A DNA stretch of 63,184 nt, the filler included, from Globobulimina sp. (taxonomy: Eukaryota), in the NCBI GenBank assembly GCA_003354225.1. It is 17 parts of 17 records of this genome, joined end to end, with 100 filler letters (N's around TTAATTAATTAA, not from the genome) between each part and the next. Parts side by side here need not be neighbours in the genome. Positions count along the whole stretch, not along the records: positions 33,514 to 37,136 come from PIVH01002381.1; positions 37,237 to 40,858 come from PIVH01002382.1; positions 40,959 to 44,580 come from PIVH01002383.1; positions 44,681 to 48,302 come from PIVH01002384.1; 13 more parts are not named here. One strand, 5' to 3'. Made by a program: the position numbers and the translations under genes. The notes below the pieces were generated by a model, which worked only from the letters and a program-made list of their open reading frames with translations, made no database searches and was not told the DNA's origin. Of this stretch, positions 34,665 to 45,851 are shown in pieces. Each line of letters begins with the position of its first letter. The first letter of the stretch is position 1.

Positions 34665-35993
34665 ATGCATGTCGATTCTACAGAATTAGAGCGTGCCATG
34701 CTCAAAAAGAGTACCATTGATTCATTAACTGGACCATCGCGCGGAGCGCCCGGTTACACCGTCTATATCATAACATTAATTACAATGATTGCATGTGGCT
34801 CAAGTAATGATTTCCTCGGCAAGTTATTGTATCAAATGTATCCAGGCAGTGATGATGGATTGGAAGGATTCAAAAATAATTACTGGATTACCATCTTATT
34901 AACTGGTGGCTCATTTTTTATCTGTTCCTTTGCACTGATTTTTAAATCAGCCCGTCCATCATATAGAAAGTTGCGAGAATCTCCAGATTTACTGTATAAG
35001 ATCTGCGTTCCCTCAGCAATGGATTTCTTAGTTACAGGCGGAAGGTACATTGGTTTAATTTTTTTACCGGCCGCAGCCATATCCATTTTGAAGAATGGCG
35101 CTCAGTTATTATTCCTTGCTTTGATACGCCGTTTCATCCATGGCAAAAACATCAAATTATTCCAAAATGTCGGTATATTCATCACCGTGGTCGGTCTGGG
35201 AATTGTTTCATTGGAAAATGTGGTCTCCGCACAGACCGCCGAAGAGGAGGAAGGCGGAGATGAAGCCGACGAGGCTGAAGCTGTGGAATATACATTGATT
35301 GGTATTGGCATCATGCTCTTTGTGGGCTTATTGGGAGCGATTCGCAATGACATCGAGGAGATATTGTTGAAGCAGTATGATTTGGACGCAATGTTTGTAG
35401 TTGGTTTCGAATCGATTATTTCGCTGAGTGTGACGCTCATATTTAGTTTGATTATGTTCATAACAGATCCCTTTGACAACATTGATAAAGCAAACGTTTC
35501 CAGCAACATTTATGATGGCTTGTTGACTGAGCCATATATTATGTTGATATTCATCTTATTTTTAGTGGCCATATTTGGTAAAGATACCATGCAGATGGAA
35601 CTGACCAAGTTATCGAGTGCGTTGACGAGGAAATTGTACCAACAAATCTATCCATCGGGAACTTGGATCATTTCGATGACTGTTTATTACGTGACAGGTC
35701 AGGATGATTTAGGGGAGGGATGGAAGCCGTATTCGTATGTTCGAGTTTTTGGATTTCCCATTGTTCTATTTGGGAATTGGTTGTATATCAAAGGGAAAGG
35801 ACTGAGTGATTGGATTGGTCGGAAAGTAAGCACATTGATTACAGGAAAGAAAATGAGTCAGACAGAAAACATGAATTCGAATGGGGGTTTATTGACCCCG
35901 CAGAGCAAAGACAGTATGGAACCATCTGTCTCATTTTATCAGGCTGTTAGAGATGAACCATTCGATGCAAATGATGAATCTTTAAAAAATTAG
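34665..35993 (+). CDS. DMT/SLC35F-like membrane transporter
   Basis: About 10 TM helices; CVPSAMDF, ILKNGAQLLF, IEEILLK, VVGFES, TKLSSALTR. Confidence 0.8.
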   Translation: MHVDSTELERAMLKKSTIDSLTGPSRGAPGYTVYIITLITMIACGSSNDFLGKLLYQMYPGSDDGLEGFKNNYWITILLTGGSFFICSFALIFKSARPSYRKLRESPDLLYKICVPSAMDFLVTGGRYIGLIFLPAAAISILKNGAQLLFLALIRRFIHGKNIKLFQNVGIFITVVGLGIVSLENVVSAQTAEEEEGGDEADEAEAVEYTLIGIGIMLFVGLLGAIRNDIEEILLKQYDLDAMFVVGFESIISLSVTLIFSLIMFITDPFDNIDKANVSSNIYDGLLTEPYIMLIFILFLVAIFGKDTMQMELTKLSSALTRKLYQQIYPSGTWIISMTVYYVTGQDDLGEGWKPYSYVRVFGFPIVLFGNWLYIKGKGLSDWIGRKVSTLITGKKMSQTENMNSNGGLLTPQSKDSMEPSVSFYQAVRDEPFDANDESLKN

Positions 35994-36447
35994 GCTTTTA
36001 GCAATATGTAAAATATTTTAGATGACCTTTTGTATTATATTGTTATTATGTATATATAAATTAAATATGTATCTAAATATATAACGAAGAGAAATTCTTC
36101 ATCATCATCAGTGTTTTTTTGTCATTCTACTTTATAACGTGGCATAGATGGGGCCATTATGAGGCTATGGCGAGCAAATATAAGTGCCATGGACAAATAA
36201 TTACGAAGCAGATTTTTGAATTTTTGCTTCCTTCATGCTTTTTTTTCTCCCTTTAACACTCCCTTTGTCTATACCATTTCTCATAATCGGCATCATTCTA
36301 AAAATAGATTCTCATAATCGAGCAAAATTGCCATTATAAAGTATGCCATGCTGTTATTGTTAGTGATTGGTGATGATGTCAGCTATAAAAACGGTGTGAA
36401 AACTTACAATGTTAAACAAAATACATTACAAGAAAGAACTCTGCATA

Positions 36448-36646
36448 TTTATGGTGAGTTTATGGGCAATGTTTTAGTTAATTTATGGTGTATTTTATGA
36501 TGAGTTTATGGTGCATTTATAGAACATTTTATGGTGTATTTTGGTGAATTTTATGGTCATTTTTATGGCGATTTCTAGGCGTATTTTATGGTGAATTTTA
36601 GAAGCATTTTATGGTCAGTTTATGGTGAATATATGGTTGTTTTTAT
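36448..36646. repeat. Degenerate tandem repeat of TTTATGGTG-like units
   Basis: About 12 imperfect copies of TTT(A)TGGTG/TTTATGG at irregular 10-20 nt spacing. Confidence 0.7.
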
Positions 36647-36767
36647 GTTTGTTATATTTTGTGTTTTGTTTGTTTGCTATTTTGTGTTTTGAAGATAATT
36701 AAATTTTCATCTTGCAACCAACTTTTCAAAGTTTTTCATCTTTGAGACCACATTTTGATATGATTCT

Positions 36768-37136
36768 CATCAACACTGAAATGCATTGGGATAGGCATGA
36801 GATAGACATCGGGATAATCATCAACACTAAAATGCATCATCAACACTAAAATGCATCGGGATAATCATCAACACTAAAATACATCGGGGGTATGCATCGA
36901 GGTAGGCATCGGGATAGACATCGGGATAATTATCAACACTAAAATGCATCGGGATAGGCATCGTGATATGCATCACCACTAAAATGCATCGGGATAGACA
37001 TCGGGATATGCATCAACACTAAAATGCATCGGGATAATCATCAACACTAAAATACATCGGGATAGACATAGGAATAGACGTCGGGATATGCATCAACACT
37101 AAAATACATCGGGATAGACATCGGGATATGCATCAA
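36768..37136. repeat. Composite minisatellite running to the contig end
   Basis: Mosaic of CATCAACACTAAAAT(G/A) and CATCGGGATA(GA/TG/AT) modules, with a ~40-bp higher-order unit. Confidence 0.9.
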
Positions 37137-37278
37137 NNNNNNNNNNNNNNNNNNNNNNNNNNNNNNNNNNNNNNNNNNNNTTAATTAATTAANNNNNNNN
37201 NNNNNNNNNNNNNNNNNNNNNNNNNNNNNNNNNNNNTCAGTAAAAGTAATACCCACTTTGTTCTTGGCCAAACACGTA

Positions 37279-37594
37279 CCGGGTTTTTCCGTACAAACGT
37301 CCTCCCAAAAGAACACCCCGGGGGCGTTTATTAGGCATGACTTTCCGAATAAACGCCCAGGGCGATTATTCGGTCGGATACAAAATTATTTCAGTATAAA
37401 GCTCAAAAAACGCTTAAAACACGCTAAATTAAGCCTTTTAAGCATTATTTAGAGCAATTTGAACCAAAATTTCAGTCTTTCATTTTCGACTTTCCAAATA
37501 AACGCCCCGGGGCGTTTATTTGGTTTCAAACTGAGTCTGTCAAAAGGGCCAAAACCAAATAAACGCCCCGGGGCGTTTGTACGGAAAAACCCGG
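37279..37594. mobile_element. Tc1/mariner-superfamily (Tc2/pogo-type) MITE, TA target
   Basis: TA|CCGGGTTTTTCCGTACAAACG...CGTTTGTACGGAAAAACCCGG|TA; four internal AAACGCCCCGGGGCGTTT-like palindromes. Confidence 0.85.
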
Positions 37595-37601
37595 TACACA
37601 T

Positions 37602-37802
37602 ACCTCCCTTTCCATCTTCTGGTCTAAGATTGTCATCAACTGGTGGAGGTTTGATCATACATACTAACTGTTTTTCGGCCATCTCTTTCACGATAGCTTG
37701 TTGCTGACTATCAGTGAACGGATTTTTCACACCTTCAGCTACCAAAGCTTCTTGGAGAGCAGTTTGAGGGTTAACAACATCTTTAGGTTGTTGATCGGCC
37801 AT
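37602..37802 (-). CDS. First exon of a hypothetical gene, followed by the MITE
   Basis: MADQQPKDVVNPQTALQEALV...EDGKG then a GTATGT donor-like site immediately before the MITE. Confidence 0.45.
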
Positions 37803-40800
37803 TTTTCTATTCTTTGGGTCTATTCTTTTTCTCCACAGATCTATAATTTTCACTACATAATACACGATACATCAGTTACAACGCAGTTCATGTAAGTCAT
37901 TGAATCAATGGTCGTTCGTTCGATGCAGTAAAGCATCCTAAGCAAGCATTCTAATTTCCAAACAAAACAAATAACAATATAATTCTTAATCCCAAAAGAA
38001 GAGAAAGAGAAACAGCGCCCGCTGACGGTCGGTCGGCTGTAAAATAAAAAAATAATAAAAATATATTCAAAGTTAATTTTGGTGTGTTTCTTGTTGTTTG
38101 CTCACGGTAAATATTATATCATTTGAAAGACAATAGTACCCATGAACGAACACTGAGACTAACCGGGTTCAGTTATGGCACTTTCAGCACCATGAGTTTT
38201 ATAAATTCACCACAGCACACCATTCAAAAACGATGTTGACACAGTGGTTATGCTAACAGTTATTGACCAGTAGCTTAGCCACACGGTGGCGCACGATTAA
38301 CCCCGCCTAGGACAAAGATTTGCCCCACAATAACGTAGTGTTCGCCCCACAAATTAGCGGCCGTGTGCTACAACTGTACCGAGTTCAAGAGTTGAAATAG
38401 TTTTTTGTTTGAAAAATAACGTTGTACCATAGTAACAGCCTTTTACTGCGTATAACAAATTCAGGCAAGGAGGCAACACAGTTTTTATATACTTTAAATG
38501 ATACAATGACGTTATTATTTAATATGTGATCAACAGTAATAACGTTAAAGCTGTCCAACGATAAATGAATTTATTATTAAAAACAGACATAATTATATAC
38601 TATACCAAGATGAATATATCGACTACTATTTGAAAAACCGTAACATTCCCTAACAATCAAAACTTCTGCATGATCCAAAAACGGTGCTAACGATGCAAGT
38701 TGTAAATTTTGTATTCTTTTGAATAAGAATTGTTTAGCTTTCAATCGACTCAATAGGAATACAAAACGATCAGTTATTATTTGATAATTTTGATCAAGCA
38801 TAACCAATGCTTTATATAGTTAATAATTACATCAAATGAATAATATCAACATAATAATATATCATATACATAATAAATCACTCATCATGGCAATTGCTGA
38901 TCAGATCAAACACCAAATGAGTTACGCCAAAAATCCAAACATATTTCATATTCAACTTGTTGCTCATTCATTTTCGCTAGTATTCGACCCAACATATGAA
39001 TTGTTTCAGCAATTTTGATACAAAATGAAACATGGAATGAATCATCAGAACGGGTTGACAGATGACACTTTTTATTCAAAACCAACATGCATAATTATAA
39101 ACACACAAAATGTACAGAGTTCTGCAGTAAACCATACATCCAATGAATGTGTGAAAATAGTCCGTTTAAAAGCAAGTTGCCTAAATGTTAGACCCCCTTT
39201 AACTGTAACTTAGAACATTAGAGGTTTATTGTCGACTGATAACACATACAATGCAATCAATATTGATTATATATAATACTTATATTAAATAATAAGTTGA
39301 AATTTGCGATTATTACTATAAAACGACACTTTTCGCTCCTCCGCAACTTTATTCTGTTCTTTTTAATGCACTGTCGACCGTGTGGGATGTCTCGTCGCCC
39401 TCACTAGCTCCTGCATAAGCCTTGGCCATTATGTTACACGCTTTTATCGATTCAAAATATTCACGACGTTCATCCCTGAAAAATTACATACATAACTGTA
39501 AATAAACACTGTTTGTGTTACCAACTTGCACATTTGCGCAAACAAATGCACAAACATACATACTTATGTATTTGATAGTGATTGCGGAATTGGTCCTTCA
39601 ACTGTTGCATTTTGTGAGTATCGCCAAATGGTGTATTGTCTGCCTGATGCTTGAGTGTGGAACACAAGTCACAATCAGAGTTGAATATGTTCTTCTAGAA
39701 CGAGAAAATGTAAAAACTATAGATTACAGTAATACATACAGATAAAATAGCGCCATTACCGTAATCACATCAAAATAGCGCCATTACCGTAATCACATCA
39801 AAATACCTCAACATAATGATTTCTGGCATGCAACTCCGTTTGGTCTTCCAAAAATTTTGTAGTATTAGGAGGACTGCTCCATTCTTCACGACTCATATAT
39901 TTTGTTTCTTCGGTTCGAAGATAATAATAATGTCTTCGACTCTTTGGCAATGCCTAAAATGAAACTTTGTAAGGGCTATACTCTACCGACATTTAATACT
40001 ACAGACATGCATGTACATGTATGTAGGTACATCTGCATATGTACATACATACATACAGTAGGTGCTGAAGCTCGACGGGGCTGCCCTCCGGATCGGCCTA
40101 GCCCCCCCTTCAGCCTTGGTGGCAGACTTTTAGACTTACTACAACTATGTACACTTTATACTTGGAAAGGATACGGTAGGACCCTTGGTCCACGAACTAC
40201 TGTACGAGCGCGTGAAGAATGCGTAACGGGAAACTTACATCCCACCATGTAGCAATTTGTGATTTTGGCAAACCAAAAGTAAGGCACCAAAAATAGCCAA
40301 CATCACGTCCAGACCCAGCCATATAACTTTCCATCACGAATGTGTATATAGTATTTTTCTTAACCCTTCTTCTTGTATGTTTCAAGGGTCATACAACGGG
40401 AGGGAGGATAGCCAAGTCCAAGTGTGGTGGGAGGGGACACCGTTTCTTTCTGCATGCGCCCAATATCAACAAAACAACATACAACGTGTGTCGTCGATTT
40501 CATTTAGTCTGTATGAAGATACTGTATTTTTCTAGCACTAAAATGGAATGTAAATAAAAAGCCTCGTAGCAGGAACATTTAAGATTGTACCTGCGTAAAG
40601 TATTCTTGACACATACAAATATGCATTTTAAAGCCGGTAACGTAACATCCTTTCGAGTTTGGTTTCCCATACGAGTCTATGTTTTCTCAATTTTAGGCAC
40701 TGTATAATTTAGTATTTTTTGCGGAAACTCCTAAAACGAGGACTGCTATTTTTATAATATTGCTCAGGGCAGGACTTTTAAAAAAATATTTTGAAAAGGC

Positions 40801-40958
40801 CCGGCAGCTATGTTTATTAAAATTGTTCCTTACTTTGACCAAGTATAAACCCATGGAANNNNNNNNNNNNNNNNNNNNNNNNNNNNNNNNNNNNNNNNNN
40901 NNTTAATTAATTAANNNNNNNNNNNNNNNNNNNNNNNNNNNNNNNNNNNNNNNNNNNN

Positions 40959-43275
40959 GTAACAACAAATATACAGAATCATAAATAGCAAAATATAAAA
41001 CTTTAATAAATGATTCAAAATATTCCATCCTTCAATAAAAGAAAAAAAAATAAACACAAACCAGGTAATTGATTGCGTTCTTTGCTTATAATGTCTCGAT
41101 TGCGCTCCCTTTCGTCCCTGTTCTCATCCACTTTGCGCCGTTTCCGCGCATTCCTATAGGTCTCGATTGTGGATTCCTCCACGCCTTCCAAGTCTACATT
41201 GTTGCTGGTCACATATCTCTTAACCAACAACGACTGCGGCAAGTAATACAAACAGACATATTTACTCACACCGCCTGCAATCAGTAACTTGCCATTGGGC
41301 GAATAATTAATAGTGGTGAAATGGTTAGTTTTCGCCCTCTTTCTCGATCCGTTCCTACCACCCATCACATCCATGCCTATGTCGATGCTGTTCAAGTGTT
41401 TGCCAGTCACAACCTCATAAATCTGCAACTGTCCGCCCAGAGTACACAGACATATTTCTTTCCCATCAAACCGATAATCAACATCTAATATCTCCGAATT
41501 GCACTCAATAATCTCGCGCGACGCCGACGAGTATAAATCCCAAAAACGCAGCGTTTTATCCCACGAACCCGACACCAAAATGTTGGTCTTGGACGAGAAT
41601 GTCAAACATGAGACGGGTCCTTCGTGGCCATACAAGACATCCAAACATTTGCCAGTACGCAGGGACCACACATAAATCTCAAACGGCTCCTCGCAGCCAG
41701 CCATTATAACCTCCCCCGAATCGTCCACTGCTAAGCAGATAAACCTCGCGGTTTGCTGCGGCGCGCCGGAATGCAACTTATTTTCGAGCATTTTCTTCCT
41801 ACGCTTAGCACCGTCGGAGGGATCGCCACCACCATCAGCATCAGCAGCAGTGGTCATATCACTGACCAAATCCGACAAAAAACGTTTATAATCGGCGTCA
41901 TTCGGCGGCGTCAATGTCCTGAAGTTTATATAACGCAGCAAGTCGTAAACGCGCACCGTTCCGTCCAACGACGCCGTCATGATCAGCACATTGTTCTTTT
42001 TCGCAAAGGTTATCTGCGTAATCGGCGCAGTGTGGTCATGAAAGGTGATAAAGCAAAATCCGTTGCTGGCGTTCCATATTTTCAATTTTCCGTCATGCCC
42101 TCCAGTCGCAATCAAGTTGCCGTCCAAGCTGAAAGCCATACAGTTGACGTCGTAGAAATGTCCCTGTTGCTTCAAAATATAAGTTTCAGAGCGCCATTCC
42201 CAGACAAATAACTGGCCCAACTCTCCCGAGGAGAACCCAATCCAATCGCCAATATTGTTGATGACGCAGGAAGTGATATTGCTGTTGGAGATGGTGAGCG
42301 AGTGAATCAACTCGAAATTCGGCATCTTATACAAATGGAACCGGCCACTCGACATTCCCACCACTAATAAATCGCAGCTTTTGCCCAGGAAAAAGGACGC
42401 ACAGTTTATTATGTAGTCTTTTTTCCAGCCCGTTCCATGTCTGATGCCCAACTTATAATATCCATTGGGAGTATATTGCGCGTACATTAATAATGGCTGC
42501 GTCTCTTTGTATTCCGCGTGAACTGCCCGTTGGGCGCCGGCAATGTATTGGTATACATAGCCAGTGCGGGTCACTACGTATAGCTGATAGTAGGTTTATT
42601 GTGTTTTTATTATGATTAATCATCAGAATTACAAAAACGAAATAGAATAATTGTGAATTTAACTTTGTAATCGGAACCAAAGAAAGCTTCGATCACTTGA
42701 CCTCTATGGGACGGCAATCTCTGCGATCTGAAGGGCTTTTGTTTATGCAATGCATGGATTTTCACAGTCTTATCTTTGGAGCCAGACACAAAAAATTGCG
42801 AGTCTGGCGACCATGAAATGCACGTAATATCTCCCTGATGGCCACGGTATTTGCCGTATAGGTACATTGCCCTCCATTCGATGATTAAGGAAGGCGACTT
42901 CCAAACAGATATCCAATTCCCGTGGGCGACACATAAATATTTGCTGTCAGGCGAAAATTTCAACACTGTGACGCTGGATCCTTTGTGACTGAAATTCATG
43001 GTCGCTAACACGATTTGCTTTTGGAAGTTAAGGATGGCGCCAAAACCTAGGGAGTCGACGGTGACTAATAGTTTATTGTCGGGTGAGAGCGCTATGCATG
43101 TGATGTTGTGTTGCATCTGGAAGCGTAACGTTTGTGAGGAGTGGTTAACGAGATCGAATACGGCTATTCTGTTTGCGACGGGGGAGACCATGGAGCTGCC
43201 ATCTGCCGTGAATAAGATGTTCCCTTCGCGATAGGCACAACCACAAATGTTTGTGAATTGGTAATTGAGTCGCAT
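40959..43275 (-). CDS. PWP2: Periodic tryptophan protein 2 / Utp1 (SSU processome WD40 protein), 3'-truncated
   Basis: MRLNYQFTNICGCAYREGNILFT...SPVANRIAVFDL; LGQLFVWEWRSETYILKQQGH; GFCFITFHDHTAP; ASLDGTVRVYDLLRYINFRT; GHEGPVS. Confidence 0.95.
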
Positions 43276-43349
43276 GATTGGAAGAGTTGAAACCTAGCCT
43301 TGAAGTTTTAATTTTAAGTAGGAATATAAAGAAAGCATCATCACACAGC

Positions 43350-44309
43350 ATGTCGTCGAAGAAGAATAGATATACACAGTTTGACTATGGTAACTCTGAT
43401 CGAGTCAATGCTGACGATGAATCAGCCTCAAATGATGAAGATAAAAATGGATTATCGAGTATTAATGCATTTGAAATGGTGGATGGAACAGATATTGAAG
43501 CAACTCATATGCATGCACCAAATGCATCGATTGGAGAGCCTGAACGTTTAATACATAATTGGTTGAGAGTAATGTTGATTTGTTTATATTTGGTGTTGTC
43601 CATTGGCGCTGTTTATATGATGGCAGACAATGAGATATCGAACGGTAAGACGTATGCAGCGATATTTGTTACAATTATAATGCCAACAATATTAATAATG
43701 ATTATATTTATAAATCCAAAATGTATGCCCTTTCTATCATTTATTTTATTAATAATTGTGATTATCTTACGAACCATTCAATGGATTGTAGCGATAATCT
43801 ATGCCATCAATGTAAAGACACAGGTCTTTGGTTATTTATTTGCTATTTTAGGAGCTTTGCTAAATGAATGTGGCTTTTTAAGCATTGTATTGATGGATTT
43901 TTATGTATTTTATATTAAAAAGGATTTTGATAATGCAATTTTTTCCGTGCATTATAATCCACAAAAAACAGTGCGATTAACGAGCTGTTTATTATTTATT
44001 TCATCTGTTTTGTGGTTTATTTATTGTTTTGGAACATTGGGAGAACAGACACAATTTATTGATACATGGTTTTATTTAGTTTTGGGAATGGCGACTGGAA
44101 TGTTTCTTGTTTTTGAATATGTGGTGGCTCCAAAATGGGGAAATAAAATAGGATTTATTTTATGCTGTATTGTAATGCTATTAATCTTATTCATATGGGG
44201 CGACGATCAATTGCTGTCATTTAGTGATCTCGCTACTGCTGCAATTTTACCTCAATTAATGTGTCTGTCTTTTGCGTATTTTAAAAAGTTTGCCGCTGAA
44301 TGCATGTAA
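43350..44309 (+). CDS. Hypothetical multi-pass membrane protein (~8 TM)
   Basis: Acidic N-terminus followed by repeated hydrophobic segments; family not recognised. Confidence 0.75.
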   Translation: MSSKKNRYTQFDYGNSDRVNADDESASNDEDKNGLSSINAFEMVDGTDIEATHMHAPNASIGEPERLIHNWLRVMLICLYLVLSIGAVYMMADNEISNGKTYAAIFVTIIMPTILIMIIFINPKCMPFLSFILLIIVIILRTIQWIVAIIYAINVKTQVFGYLFAILGALLNECGFLSIVLMDFYVFYIKKDFDNAIFSVHYNPQKTVRLTSCLLFISSVLWFIYCFGTLGEQTQFIDTWFYLVLGMATGMFLVFEYVVAPKWGNKIGFILCCIVMLLILFIWGDDQLLSFSDLATAAILPQLMCLSFAYFKKFAAECM

Positions 44310-44680
44310 CGTGACATGTTTTAATTAATTTTCGTTGCATGAGGATTAAATAAAAAATTTGTGAATTGTTTTTGTTGTTGGTTCAACTTCAACGCACAGT
44401 TTAAGGAAATTTGTAAAAATTTGTGAATATATTTTGTGTCGGATTTTCAGACAGTTTAAGGAAATAAGCGTACAAAATATATTTGGTTTTTGTTTTTTTA
44501 TGGTATTGACAATAATTCCGATGACTACGTTTCCAATCCAATTTCTGATGAGTTCTACAACAATAATAAACCGATTTGCANNNNNNNNNNNNNNNNNNNN
44601 NNNNNNNNNNNNNNNNNNNNNNNNTTAATTAATTAANNNNNNNNNNNNNNNNNNNNNNNNNNNNNNNNNNNNNNNNNNNN

Positions 44681-44799
44681 GCCCACAGTAAACAAACTCA
44701 TCTCTTTTTTTTGTATCTTTTAAGCAATAATAATATAGCACATAGGCGCCCATCTCCATTTACAGGCGTATAATAAAAAAAAAAAGAATCAAACTGAAT
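44681..44799. repeat. Exact 119-bp terminal direct repeat of contig 44681..48302
   Basis: Identical to 48184..48302. Confidence 0.95.
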
Positions 44800-45613
44800 A
44801 ATTTATTTTCTCGAAGCAATTGATACTGAAAAATTGACCATAGCCAGCTGTTTTCCAAGGTTCATATAACCCCAGACCTTCAGATATTATAATATTATCA
44901 TCTTCTTTTGCAATATTAGATTCAGGTATGCCTCGCGGCTCGCATTCTTCCCCCCATCCAATAGACCAATCACAATTTTCAAAACCACGCAGTGTGGCAT
45001 ATTCTCTGCCGCTAAGATGTTCACCAACTAAATAAAATGATTTACTGTTACCGTTTGATATTGATATTGGAGTACAATTTTCTGCTGTCAAATCAAACGT
45101 GTTTCTCCATGAATAACCATTTGACTGTAAGGTTGTTCGTTGACAGCATATTTCTTGCCATTGTGTTTGTGACTGATAAGCATTACCATGGTTATTCACA
45201 AATGAACCTTCCCTTGAATATAAACAATACTCCTTACCAGGTTGGGCATTATCAGGGGTGGTCACTCCGGGTTGAAACACAGGTCGACGTCCAGAATATA
45301 CAAAACTTGTAATCTTGATGTTGTTTTTCGCTGTAACTTTAGTCATAAATCCTCCTGAAACAGCGTCGTTGGCTATGCCAATGTCTGCTGTAATTTGTAT
45401 ACTGGTATCCTGTGAATAGGCGGGTGGTGTGGTTGGTGGTGGTGTGGTTGGTGCCCAGTTTCTTCGTGCCCATTTTCTTAGTGCCCATGCTGATCTAAAT
45501 GCTTCAAAATAAATAATAAAATATTTGGATAACAGAATAAATAACAACAACAAAGGATTTATTGACTTAACATTTAAATTCTGGTAGAGTTCTTTTTGTT
45601 CCTTTTTTTCCAA
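44789..45613 (-). CDS. Probable secreted hypothetical protein; start uncertain
   Basis: Hydrophobic LLLLFILLSKYFII, a PT linker, then a beta-rich Cys-containing domain (GGFMTKVTAKNNIKITSF). The nearest ATG before the signal peptide is out of frame. Confidence 0.6.
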   Translation of the reverse strand: MEKKEQKELYQNLNVKSINPLLLLFILLSKYFIIYFEAFRSAWALRKWARRNWAPTTPPPTTPPAYSQDTSIQITADIGIANDAVSGGFMTKVTAKNNIKITSFVYSGRRPVFQPGVTTPDNAQPGKEYCLYSREGSFVNNHGNAYQSQTQWQEICCQRTTLQSNGYSWRNTFDLTAENCTPISISNGNSKSFYLVGEHLSGREYATLRGFENCDWSIGWGEECEPRGIPESNIAKEDDNIIISEGLGLYEPWKTAGYGQFFSINCFEKINYSV

Positions 45614-45851
45614 GGAGGGCGTGAGTAAACAGTAGATAAATTAAAAGCACACTATACATTTACAACCTAAATTCTTTGTTTTTTACTGTTGTGTGGTTTG
45701 ATCAAATAGTACGCTAATTAATGTTTATTTTTAGCTAATTATTTTGGTTAATTATGTAATTATGTAATTATGGTATACAGCCGCAATTTTACAACCGTTC
45801 AATTGAAACTGAAGCATATCATATTCCATATCCATCGTATGTTTGGAAGCA

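Noticed and set aside
36768-37136. CRISPR-like array
   Set aside because: The intervening sequences are themselves repeats of one module, with no unique spacers, no cas genes and a eukaryotic context.
39744-39805. 28-bp direct duplication
   Set aside because: Simple local tandem duplication with no further structure.
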